Positions 54,887-63,035 of a DNA stretch of 64,000 nucleotides are shown here, one piece after another. The notes under the pieces are model-generated. The model saw nothing but the letters and a program-made list of their open reading frames with translations. It did not search any database and had not been told where the DNA came from. A program made the translations under genes and the position numbers. Numbering within the stretch: the stretch's first letter is position 1; the number at the start of each line of letters is the position of its first letter. Source of the stretch: a virus. The stretch is from IMG/VR virus record IMGVR_UViG_3300027418_000370, one strand, 5' to 3'.

Positions 54887-55480
54887 ATGAAAAAGTTACT
54901 ACTATTATTACCTCTGCTCTGGGCTTGTGAAACGATTGAGCCCTATGTTCCTGAACCTTGTCAGGAATGTACTACTATTCATAGAGTAGATACTATTCAA
55001 CATCCTGGAACTTATTATCAAGACGGATACTGGCATTTACAATATTCAGGTATAAATTACTTCCAGGTTATCGGTCAGTTAGATTCCCTACATCCTCAAT
55101 ATGTTATAAATGGAGTACCGCTACTTCAAGTAGTATATGATAGCGATACCTGGTATGTATTTGATACCATTGCTATGCAAATACCTCTGTACTCTCCATT
55201 TACTTCCCAATATACTTCCCCAAGCTTTAATTACCCTATCTCAACAGGAGATACTACAATCTATATTACAAATCCTAACTACATTATAAATGCAGTAGGT
55301 TATACGTTTGGAAGTACAAACTTTGTGAATGCTATGCACACATACCAGCCCCGGTGTGAAGTACTGGTGTTTGAAGAGATGGTGGGAGATACGATTAATG
55401 TCTTCACAAGAACGCGTTATAACTACGATCTAGGTACTCAGATAATAGTAAACGATACAATTAAAGTTATAGTAGAATGA
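54887..55480 (+). CDS. Lipoprotein
   Basis: MKKLLLLLPLLWAC lipobox. Confidence 0.7.
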   Translation: MKKLLLLLPLLWACETIEPYVPEPCQECTTIHRVDTIQHPGTYYQDGYWHLQYSGINYFQVIGQLDSLHPQYVINGVPLLQVVYDSDTWYVFDTIAMQIPLYSPFTSQYTSPSFNYPISTGDTTIYITNPNYIINAVGYTFGSTNFVNAMHTYQPRCEVLVFEEMVGDTINVFTRTRYNYDLGTQIIVNDTIKVIVE

Positions 55481-55683
55481 AAAAACAGTTATTAGTAGAG
55501 CCTGTTCTTCCGAAAAGTAAGAACATTGAAAAGATGCCTGATCAGAAATGGCATCAAATTATCTCATTTATTAAATCCGGAGTCCGTATTCTTGGTTACG
55601 CACTGCTTATTGTTGATATCCCAACAGCAATGGTGGTACTGGTCTTGAGTGAGGCAGTCGGCATAATCGAAGAATTAGTATGA
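55477..55683 (+). CDS. Small two-TM membrane protein
   Basis: H..ISFIKSGVRILGY...SEAVGIIEELV; start may be the internal MPDQKWH. Confidence 0.6.
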   Translation: MKKQLLVEPVLPKSKNIEKMPDQKWHQIISFIKSGVRILGYALLIVDIPTAMVVLVLSEAVGIIEELV

Positions 55684-55940
55684 AGTATTTGTATTTCTCA
55701 GCACCTTGGTGCGGTCCTTGTAGAATGTTAGGTCCAACAATGGAAAAAGTAGCAGCAGAAGGAATTGCTGTAGAAAAAATTAACATCGATACGGAAGAGC
55801 TCCTAACGATGGAATACACAGTCCGCAGTGTACCTACTGTAGTACTGATTGATGATTCTGGAAAAGAATTTGCTCGTACAGTTGGCGCTAAGCCATTAAG
55901 TCACTATATTGAACAATATAATAATTTTACAAATGTATAA
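55680..55940 (+). CDS. trxA: Thioredoxin
   Basis: FSAPWCGPC, VRSVPT. Confidence 0.93.
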   Translation: MKYLYFSAPWCGPCRMLGPTMEKVAAEGIAVEKINIDTEELLTMEYTVRSVPTVVLIDDSGKEFARTVGAKPLSHYIEQYNNFTNV

Positions 55941-56391
55941 GTCAAGAAAGAAGTTTGATGGCTTTAGTACTTGCTTCCGTCAATGGAAAGCGAATACTAC
56001 ACACTGTCAGTACCTACACGGCTATGATGTAGAGTTTGAAGTAACGTTTGAAGGAGATCTCGATCACCGTAACTGGGTATGGGACTTCGGAGGTATGAAG
56101 CGAGCTAAGAACCTGATCGACGGTATGCAACCTAAAGAATGGATGGAGCATATGTTCGATCATACTGTAGTTGTAGCAGAAGACGATCCTGAACTAGATA
56201 ACTTCAGAGATATGGCCGACAGAGGCGTTATTCAGTTACGAGTAGTAGAGGCAGTAGGTGCAGAGAAATTTGCTGAATTTCTTTACCACAAGCTAAATGA
56301 CTTCGTACAGACAGAGACAGACGGCCGAGTTAAGGTCATTAAAGTTAAATTTATGGAGAACCACAAAAACTCAGCAATCTATGGCGCTTAA
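55933..56391 (+). CDS. queD: 6-carboxytetrahydropterin synthase
   Basis: HCQYLHGY, WVWDFG, FDH, AE, terminal E...NSA; start MYKS at 55933. Confidence 0.9.
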   Translation: MYKSRKKFDGFSTCFRQWKANTTHCQYLHGYDVEFEVTFEGDLDHRNWVWDFGGMKRAKNLIDGMQPKEWMEHMFDHTVVVAEDDPELDNFRDMADRGVIQLRVVEAVGAEKFAEFLYHKLNDFVQTETDGRVKVIKVKFMENHKNSAIYGA

Positions 56392-57157
56392 GAGAATTGA
56401 AGATTATAATAAGGTACTGCCGATTGTAGAGCTTTACCGATGTGTACAATCAGAGGGTAGTCGTTTTGGACGTCCTACTATCGCTGTACGTACTACAGGA
56501 TGTACTCACCGCTGCTACTTCGGTGAAGGAGGTTGGTGTGATAGCTGGTATACCTCTATCCATCCAGAGAAAGGTGGTTATTCATTTAACGATATTATTA
56601 AGATTTACGATGAGAATCCTCACGTAAAGGAGATGATGCTAACAGGAGGTAGCCCAACAATGCACCCAGCCTTAGTAAATGAGATTACTCACTTTGCTAA
56701 AGAAAGAGGTATTATTGTTACTATTGAGACTGAAGGTTCTCACTTCCTTGAGACGGACTATCCTCTTGATCTTATCTCTCTATCTCCTAAGTTCTCTAAT
56801 AGCGTACCCGTAGTAGGAGCTGTTACACCTCAAGGCGCTATTGCAGATGAGAAGATGATTAAGCAACATAACAAGTTCCGTATCAACAAAGATGCTATCC
56901 GTCAGACTTTGGACTATCATACTGATTACCACTTTAAGCCGGTATGGGACGGTAGCGCAGCGAATCTAGTAGAGATTGAAGCATTTAGGGTTGAGATGAA
57001 TATTCCTAAAGACAAGACTTTTGTTATGCCTGCAGGTGATACTCGTGAGACTTTAATTGAAATGTACCCAATCGTATTTGAGATGTGTGCCGAGCACGGT
57101 TACAATATGACCGGACGTGATCACATCATTGCCTACGATACTAAGAGAGAAGTATAA
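56381..57157 (+). CDS. queE: 7-carboxy-7-deazaguanine synthase (radical SAM)
   Basis: VQSEG...RTTGCTHRC..WCDS, TGGSP, IETEG, SLSPK, R.H; start MALKRI at 56381. Confidence 0.92.
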   Translation: MALKRIEDYNKVLPIVELYRCVQSEGSRFGRPTIAVRTTGCTHRCYFGEGGWCDSWYTSIHPEKGGYSFNDIIKIYDENPHVKEMMLTGGSPTMHPALVNEITHFAKERGIIVTIETEGSHFLETDYPLDLISLSPKFSNSVPVVGAVTPQGAIADEKMIKQHNKFRINKDAIRQTLDYHTDYHFKPVWDGSAANLVEIEAFRVEMNIPKDKTFVMPAGDTRETLIEMYPIVFEMCAEHGYNMTGRDHIIAYDTKREV

Positions 57158-57339
57158 TGCCAAACGGATACTTAGGAGCTTTATGGTTGATGTGGAGTAA
57201 TAGCGCTATCGAACCAGCACACGTTATTAAAGCCCTAAGTATCTACGGCTATAAATTAGATGCATTAACCAAACAGGGCTTAGTAGCCTCAAATGAAAAT
57301 ACACGTTTTGAATATAAAGAGTATACTTCTTGGAGCTAG
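57157..57339 (+). CDS. Small hypothetical protein
   Basis: TAATG coupling to queE. Confidence 0.4.
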   Translation: MPNGYLGALWLMWSNSAIEPAHVIKALSIYGYKLDALTKQGLVASNENTRFEYKEYTSWS

Positions 57340-57655
57340 TCTGTTCTTTCTAGGACAAGTAATAACCTTCTACCAGCTTAACGGACAGTTTATCTGGAGC
57401 TGGTTTAAAAAGTACGAATGGGCTGTTGCTCTATTTGGTATACCTATTTCGTTCATTTTTATCTGGGCTACCAGAACAGCAGTCGCTGGCTTTGACGGTT
57501 TACTATGGCCTGCTCGTTTTATAGGATTCGGTACAGGAATGATAGTTTATGCCTTCTGCGTATGGTACTATATGGGAGAGCCGATATCCACTAAGACTGC
57601 TATTAGTCTCCTTCTAGCTCTAGTATTAATCTGTGTTCAAGTACTCTGGAAATGA
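57293..57655 (+). CDS. Four-TM membrane protein, SMR/DMT-like
   Basis: Four hydrophobic segments; C-terminal GEPISTKTAISLLLALV resembles the DMT/SMR GE motif. Confidence 0.55.
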   Translation: MKIHVLNIKSILLGASLFFLGQVITFYQLNGQFIWSWFKKYEWAVALFGIPISFIFIWATRTAVAGFDGLLWPARFIGFGTGMIVYAFCVWYYMGEPISTKTAISLLLALVLICVQVLWK

Positions 57656-57903
57656 GTTATATTATAGGTTCTAAGTGTATAGATGTTAAAGACAGTGGAT
57701 GTATGGATGTATGTCCTGTTGACTGTATATACGAGGACCTACAGCAAATGTTCATTAACCCAGATGAATGTATTGATTGCGGAGCTTGCATTCCAGCTTG
57801 CCCAGTAGAAGCTATTTGGGACAGTGAAGAATGGGCTATTAGGATGGGTGATCAAGCATCTGTACATGCTAACTATAAGCATTTCGGATTAGAATATAAA
57901 TGA
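57652..57903 (+). CDS. fdxA: 7Fe-type ferredoxin
   Basis: CIDVKDSGCMDVCPVDC and INPDECIDCGACIPACPVEAI. Confidence 0.9.
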   Translation: MSYIIGSKCIDVKDSGCMDVCPVDCIYEDLQQMFINPDECIDCGACIPACPVEAIWDSEEWAIRMGDQASVHANYKHFGLEYK

Positions 57904-58085
57904 GAAGAAAAGATATAATAACATTAAATGATGACTGGTATGAAGTTCAGAGAGTACTTAGAGAGGATCGTCAATGGGATGTTGAAATTCTTAAACAGTA
58001 CTGGTCTTGTACACATACCTTCCGTAAAGACGGTCTACTCTATTTTTGTAGAGAGATCCCAAAAATTGAATATCAACAAATATGA
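57900..58085 (+). CDS. Small hypothetical protein
   Basis: ATGA overlaps on both sides. Confidence 0.5.
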   Translation: MRRKDIITLNDDWYEVQRVLREDRQWDVEILKQYWSCTHTFRKDGLLYFCREIPKIEYQQI

Positions 58086-58729
58086 AAGTAACCCTAAATC
58101 ATGTAACTCCGGACGCGGAGAATGCAATTGTAAAAATTGCTAGAGTATCCTCTAAACGTACCGACAAGGTAGAGAAGCCTGAAAGGCTACTACACTACCT
58201 TATCAAGCATAAGCATTGGTCTCCATTCGAGCACGGATATATGTCTGTAGAGATTGAGACTTCTAAAGCTATTGGTATTCAGTTAATTCGTCACCGCTCT
58301 TTTACCTACCAAGAGTTCTCACAACGTTACCAGGATGTAAGCTTAATTGACGGTATGTTTGAGAGTGTAGAGCTAAGAAAACAAGCTGAAGATAATAGAC
58401 AAAGCTCCACTGAAGTATTTAACCCAGACGTATTCTATGCCGGATACAGTACTGCAGCTTCAGCTCAGATCGGTAAACACTTTAGAGCTTCCCAAGATCT
58501 TTATAAGCGACTCCTTGATGAAGGTGTAGCAAGAGAAGTAGCTCGAATGGTATTGCCACTATCTACTAAAACTAAGATTCACATGACCGGTTCTATTCGT
58601 TCATGGATCCACTTCTTAGATCTCAGAGATGATGCTCATGCTCAGAAAGAGATTCAAGATGTAGCAAAAGAGATCAAGAAGATCTTTATCGAACAATTCC
58701 CAGTAATCTCAAAATCACTAAACTATTAA
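58082..58729 (+). CDS. thyX: Flavin-dependent thymidylate synthase
   Basis: HWSPFEH, RHRSFTYQEFSQRY, AREVARMVLP, AQKEI. Confidence 0.96.
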   Translation: MKVTLNHVTPDAENAIVKIARVSSKRTDKVEKPERLLHYLIKHKHWSPFEHGYMSVEIETSKAIGIQLIRHRSFTYQEFSQRYQDVSLIDGMFESVELRKQAEDNRQSSTEVFNPDVFYAGYSTAASAQIGKHFRASQDLYKRLLDEGVAREVARMVLPLSTKTKIHMTGSIRSWIHFLDLRDDAHAQKEIQDVAKEIKKIFIEQFPVISKSLNY

Positions 58730-58731
58730 TT

Positions 58732-59355
58732 ATGAAAAAATGGCAGCACTTTACTTTCTTGTTATGGGTGGCATTCTCGGTTTACTCCTTTACAGCCTCT
58801 GGTCAGAAATCTTTAAGAGACAGCGTTGAATGGAACACTCCTTACTTTAGAATCTGGTATTCAGAACCTCTAGAGAATCCTTTATCAGTACGTTACGGTG
58901 TAGCTTGTCCTACAGGTACTGCTTCTAGATCAGGAATGGACTTCCACAAAGAAAAAGGAATTCATACTTCCGATAACGATGACTATGTAGCCAACGAATG
59001 GGACAAAGGTCATATGGCTCCTGCCGCAGACTTTAACTGTACCCGTGAAATGCTATTGGAGACATTTACATACGTTAACTCTTCCTTGCAGCACCAATCT
59101 CTCAATAGAGGTGTATGGAAGAAGCTAGAGACTCGAGAAAGAGAATTAGCATTAGGACACGAAGTACAAGTCTTTATCCGAGTAGAATTCTCAACTAATC
59201 CTGAAAGAGTACCTGGCGGTGCTGCTATCCCTTCCGGATACTATAAGGAACTAAAAGTTGCAAATCGCCGAGAATGTTACTATTTTAAGAACGAGAAACC
59301 TGTAACATCAGAGCTCTCAGATTATAAATGTCCTTGCAGAAATGCAATTAATTAG
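58732..59355 (+). CDS. DNA/RNA non-specific endonuclease with signal peptide
   Basis: DKGHMAPA, N...Q...LNRGVWKKLE, IPSGYYK; hydrophobic N-terminus ending ASG-Q. Confidence 0.9.
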   Translation: MKKWQHFTFLLWVAFSVYSFTASGQKSLRDSVEWNTPYFRIWYSEPLENPLSVRYGVACPTGTASRSGMDFHKEKGIHTSDNDDYVANEWDKGHMAPAADFNCTREMLLETFTYVNSSLQHQSLNRGVWKKLETRERELALGHEVQVFIRVEFSTNPERVPGGAAIPSGYYKELKVANRRECYYFKNEKPVTSELSDYKCPCRNAIN

Positions 59356-59734
59356 TACGCATCCTATTAAGAAATCTGACCTCGGCTTTCATGCTAACCT
59401 CTTTGGAGGTAAGCTGTTAGCCTGGTTGGATGCTGCTGGAGCAGCTATGGCAATGGAGGTAGCTGATACTCCTAGAATGGTTACTATCAAGATAGACGAA
59501 TGTCTTTTTAAGAAACCAGCCAAAGAAGGTCAGTTGTTAAAAATTTATGGAAAGGTAGCAGAAGTTGGAAATACGTCTTTAACTCTCTATCTTGAAGCTA
59601 GAGCACATAACGTATACTCAGGAAGTCAGTCGGTAATACTCTCCACTAAGATTAAGTTTGTACGTATTGATGAAAATAATGAACCAATTCCAATCTCAGA
59701 TAGAATTAGATTAAAGTATGCAACAGTTAATTGA
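59342..59734 (+). CDS. Hotdog-fold acyl-CoA thioesterase (YciA-like)
   Basis: NLFGGKLLAWLDAAG, VT, F.KP...G, VGNTS, FV.ID...P.P. Confidence 0.85.
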   Translation: MQLISTHPIKKSDLGFHANLFGGKLLAWLDAAGAAMAMEVADTPRMVTIKIDECLFKKPAKEGQLLKIYGKVAEVGNTSLTLYLEARAHNVYSGSQSVILSTKIKFVRIDENNEPIPISDRIRLKYATVN

Positions 59735-60224
59735 CGCAAAGGATATTGATATCCAAACTAAGATCATCGCTAAGAAGATCTCAGCAGAGCACAATGGAGA
59801 TAAAACTCCAATCGTTATGGTAGGGTTATTGAATGGAGCATTTATGTTCTATGCAGACCTAGTACGCAACATTACAGTAGACGTAGAATGTGATTTTATG
59901 AGAATAAGATCATACGTCAGTAAAAAGAAACAAGGTGATATTCAGATCACCAAAGACTTAGAGACGCCTGTTAAAGGAAAGCACGTCTATATCGTAGACG
60001 ACATTTACGATTCGGGTAATACAATGGATGCTGTGATTGAATACCTTCAGGTCAAACACCCAGCCTCGATTAATATTGTTACTCTACTGACTAGAGAAAC
60101 TTCTAGGATACCCCCAGTACCTTCCTATCATGCATTCACTATCAAGGATGAATGGGTAGTAGGCTTTGGAATGGATAACGATAAAGGTTATGCAAGAAAT
60201 TACAGAAGTGTGTTTGCACTCTGA
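59718..60224 (+). CDS. hpt: Purine phosphoribosyltransferase (HPRT-like)
   Basis: LNGAFMFYADL, SY, PRPP loop IVDDIYDSGNT, WVVGFGMD. Confidence 0.9.
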   Translation: MQQLIDAKDIDIQTKIIAKKISAEHNGDKTPIVMVGLLNGAFMFYADLVRNITVDVECDFMRIRSYVSKKKQGDIQITKDLETPVKGKHVYIVDDIYDSGNTMDAVIEYLQVKHPASINIVTLLTRETSRIPPVPSYHAFTIKDEWVVGFGMDNDKGYARNYRSVFAL

Positions 60225-60241
60225 AATAGTTTTCGTATATT
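60214..60241 (+). promoter_or_regulatory. TTTG-N19-TATATT promoter for folE-dpdA-dpdN-queF
   Basis: Motif match directly before aptamer copy 2. Confidence 0.7.
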
Positions 60242-60245
60242 AATA

Positions 60246-60281
60246 AGAGGTGTCGAAGCACCACCTAAAAAAACAAATTAT
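60246..60281 (+). ncRNA. preQ1 class I-like riboswitch aptamer, copy 2, in the folE leader
   Basis: P1 AGGUG/CACCU, loop UCGAAGCAC, tail AAAAAAAC; fills the space between the promoter and the folE ATG. Confidence 0.65.
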
Positions 60282-60992
60282 ATGGCAGATAAAAAACGTT
60301 ATGATGTAGAACTCGCTCAAGCCGGGTTCGCTAATGGTGTCTCTTCTCAACTGGCTGAGAAGTTTAAAGTTCATTCTATGAACTCTATGCACTTAACAGA
60401 TCAAGAGAAGCATACTATTATTGAGAATGCTGCAAAGGCATTCGGAGAATTCCTAGATGCTCTAGGATGTGACTGGCGTGATGACCCTAACTCATCTGAT
60501 ACTCCTCGTCGAGTAGCTAAGGCTTATGTAAACGACTTATGGGCAGGACGATTCAATCCTATGCCTGAGATCACAGCCTTCCCTGCTGATGGTTATGATG
60601 GTATTGTATTTGAGGGTAATATTCCTTTGACCTCGATGTGTTCGCATCACCACCAGACTATTCAAGGTCGAGTTCATATTGCTTACATTCCAGGTCCTGG
60701 AGGTAAGGTAATCGGTCTATCTAAGCTCAATCGTATTGTAGAGCATTTCGGACGTAGAGGTGCTATTCAAGAGCAGCTTACTGTTGCTATTCATAATGCA
60801 GTTCATACTGTTTGTGAAGGTAATGTAGGTGTAGCAGTTATGGTAGAAGCTACTCACAATTGTGTATCATGCCGCGGTACTAAACACGCTGGTGCGTCAA
60901 TGAAGACTTCTAAGCTATCAGGTAGCTTTATGTACGAAGACTCAGCACGAGCAGAATTTTATGAATTTGTTAAAGGTTACGCATGCAAATGA
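60282..60992 (+). CDS. folE: GTP cyclohydrolase I
   Basis: DTPRRVAK, SMCSHHH, GLSKLNR, IQEQLT, HNCVSCRG. Confidence 0.96.
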   Translation: MADKKRYDVELAQAGFANGVSSQLAEKFKVHSMNSMHLTDQEKHTIIENAAKAFGEFLDALGCDWRDDPNSSDTPRRVAKAYVNDLWAGRFNPMPEITAFPADGYDGIVFEGNIPLTSMCSHHHQTIQGRVHIAYIPGPGGKVIGLSKLNRIVEHFGRRGAIQEQLTVAIHNAVHTVCEGNVGVAVMVEATHNCVSCRGTKHAGASMKTSKLSGSFMYEDSARAEFYEFVKGYACK

Positions 60993-61495
60993 AACGAGCA
61001 AAAAGTGTCCCATTTATCGACGAAGTAGAGATCTTCAACGATACGTTCGGTAAGCCGAACAATTACACTCCTATTATTCCTAATGATAAGAAACTTACTA
61101 ACTTCGTAGTAGATTTTATTAAAGAAGAGACTGACGAACTAGCACACGCTATTGAAGAGAAAGATATTGTAGAAGTACTAGATGCTATCTGCGATCTACT
61201 TTACGTAGCTATTGGAAATGCTACCATGGTGTTTGGATTGAAGAATAAGATCGTACCAGCTTACCGAGAGGTACAGGCATCGAATATGTCTAAGAGCTGT
61301 GCGACTGTAGAAGAAGCAGAAGAGACTATTGCTCTCCGTTCTCAACAGCACGGCGAGTGTTACTTCCGTAAGGTGGGAAACCGTTATGTTGTTTATCGCA
61401 AAGCGGACGATAAGGTTATGAAATCTATTAACTACTTCGCTCCTAATCTTGAGCAGTTCTTTACTCCAGAAGAAATCGAAAACGCTAAGCAATGA
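60983..61495 (+). CDS. All-alpha NTP pyrophosphatase (MazG/PRA-PH-like)
   Basis: IKEETDEL...EVLDAICDLLYV...EVQASNMSK...KVMKS. Confidence 0.85.
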   Translation: MQMKRAKSVPFIDEVEIFNDTFGKPNNYTPIIPNDKKLTNFVVDFIKEETDELAHAIEEKDIVEVLDAICDLLYVAIGNATMVFGLKNKIVPAYREVQASNMSKSCATVEEAEETIALRSQQHGECYFRKVGNRYVVYRKADDKVMKSINYFAPNLEQFFTPEEIENAKQ

Positions 61496-61689
61496 GTCCA
61501 AAAGAACTGGTAGAACAAAATAGTATCTTCTTAGAAGACCTACAACGCTGGGTTGTACCTTTAGAAGTAGTAGAGGAAGCCTTGCAGATCAAGAGCGCTA
61601 AAGAGCTTGAAGATAATTTAGGTAAACTTCAAGATAGTATGTTAGAATTAAACAAGTTATTTAACGATTTAGGAAACGCCAATGGTTAA
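61492..61689 (+). CDS. Small hypothetical protein
   Basis: Coupled ORF. Confidence 0.5.
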   Translation: MSPKELVEQNSIFLEDLQRWVVPLEVVEEALQIKSAKELEDNLGKLQDSMLELNKLFNDLGNANG

Positions 61690-62509
61690 GATTGCACACG
61701 AGAGTCCTATTGCTAGCTTTGACACTATTCAGCAGTATACGGATTATGATTACGCTTTAGTACATCTCTTTGAAGAGAACGAAACTTATTTAGATAAGTT
61801 TGTAGAAGCACGAGATAAAGGACGAGAGATTATTCTCGATAACTCTATCTTTGAATTAGGAAAAGCTTTTGATTCAGAACGCTTTGCTTTCTGGATTGAT
61901 TATTTAAAGCCTACCTGGTACATCGTACCTGATGCATTAGAGAATGTAAAGCGTACTTGTGCTAATATGGCTGAGTGGAACTTTAAGTATGCAGATCATC
62001 TAGCAGCACCTAGTAAAAAGATTGGAGTACTACAGGGAAAGACTTACTCTGAGCTTATCAATTGCTATGACTACATGATTAATATAGCAAAGGTAGATAT
62101 GGTGGCTATCTCTTTCGATTACAGTTATTACGAACAGCTCGTACCACACCCTAACAAGTATGTTAGCTGGATGCTAGGCAGAGTTGTGCTCTTAGGTAAG
62201 ATGTTACGTGATGGAGTAATCAACCCAGATATCCCTCACCACCTACTAGGCTGTGGACTTCCTCAAGAGTTTGCTTTCTATAAAGACTACGATTGGATCT
62301 ACTCACTAGATACTTCTAACCCAGTAGTACACGGTTTGTTGGGAATCGAGTATAAAGATCAAGGGTTGTGGGATAAGGCATCAATCAAGTTATTTGAGAT
62401 GATTAATATGACTCCTACCTCTGAGCAGGTTACTTCAGCAGTTTATAATGTTCAACGCTTTAGATGGTTCGCACATGGTAGCAACTCGTCCGTGGATAGC
62501 ATTCTTTAG
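61682..62509 (+). CDS. dpdA: TGT-fold 7-deazaguanine transglycosylase (DpdA3-like)
   Basis: IILDNSIFE, IVPD, GVLQG, HHLLG, SLDTS motifs; context among que genes. Confidence 0.8.
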   Translation: MVKIAHESPIASFDTIQQYTDYDYALVHLFEENETYLDKFVEARDKGREIILDNSIFELGKAFDSERFAFWIDYLKPTWYIVPDALENVKRTCANMAEWNFKYADHLAAPSKKIGVLQGKTYSELINCYDYMINIAKVDMVAISFDYSYYEQLVPHPNKYVSWMLGRVVLLGKMLRDGVINPDIPHHLLGCGLPQEFAFYKDYDWIYSLDTSNPVVHGLLGIEYKDQGLWDKASIKLFEMINMTPTSEQVTSAVYNVQRFRWFAHGSNSSVDSIL

Positions 62510-63035
62510 TCAGACTGGATCTGAGATTGTTCAGGTTAGTAAGCAGTTAGGTCGCTGGCCTGACCTTATTATTACTAATATCAGGCCTTCTCATTTACGT
62601 ACTATACATCCTGAGATTCCTACAGACCTATTAAAGTATACTCAGAATAGACCTGAGGAGCATGAGCTTGTATGGCTGATGAGTGCAATAAGTGATAACC
62701 CTGTTGTAACTTTACACGGATGGTTAAGAGTAATGCCTGCTTCTATCTGTAATCGCTATGAAATCTATAACGGACATCCAGGATTGATTACTAAATATCC
62801 AGACCTAAAAGGAAAAGATCCTCAATATAGAGCCTGGGAAGGTAACTATAAGACTGCTGGCTGTGTTATTCACAAAGTAACTGCCGGAGTAGATGAAGGA
62901 GAAGTTCTAGTGGAGCGAGAAAGTATACATAAGATGTTGCCTAAGAACGATATTTTTCGTATCTTACATGACACATCAGTAGAGATGTGGATAGAATTTT
63001 TACATAATAAACTATGGTTAGACGAATTGCATTAG
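62475..63035 (+). CDS. dpdN: PurN-like formyltransferase (DpdN-like, preQ1 N-formylation)
   Basis: FFSQTGSE, LHGWLRVM, NGHPGL, GCVIHKV..GVDEG; overlaps dpdA. Confidence 0.8.
   Translation: MVATRPWIAFFSQTGSEIVQVSKQLGRWPDLIITNIRPSHLRTIHPEIPTDLLKYTQNRPEEHELVWLMSAISDNPVVTLHGWLRVMPASICNRYEIYNGHPGLITKYPDLKGKDPQYRAWEGNYKTAGCVIHKVTAGVDEGEVLVERESIHKMLPKNDIFRILHDTSVEMWIEFLHNKLWLDELH

Noticed and set aside
61682-62509. tRNA-guanine transglycosylase for queuosine tRNA modification
   Set aside because: The protein is short, lacks the Zn-binding and tRNA-binding parts of bacterial Tgt, has no queA/queG nearby, and overlaps a formyltransferase; it fits DpdA better.
62475-63035. Genuine purN for purine biosynthesis
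   Set aside because: No other pur genes are present, the substrate loop is divergent (SQTGSE), and it lies between dpdA and queF.
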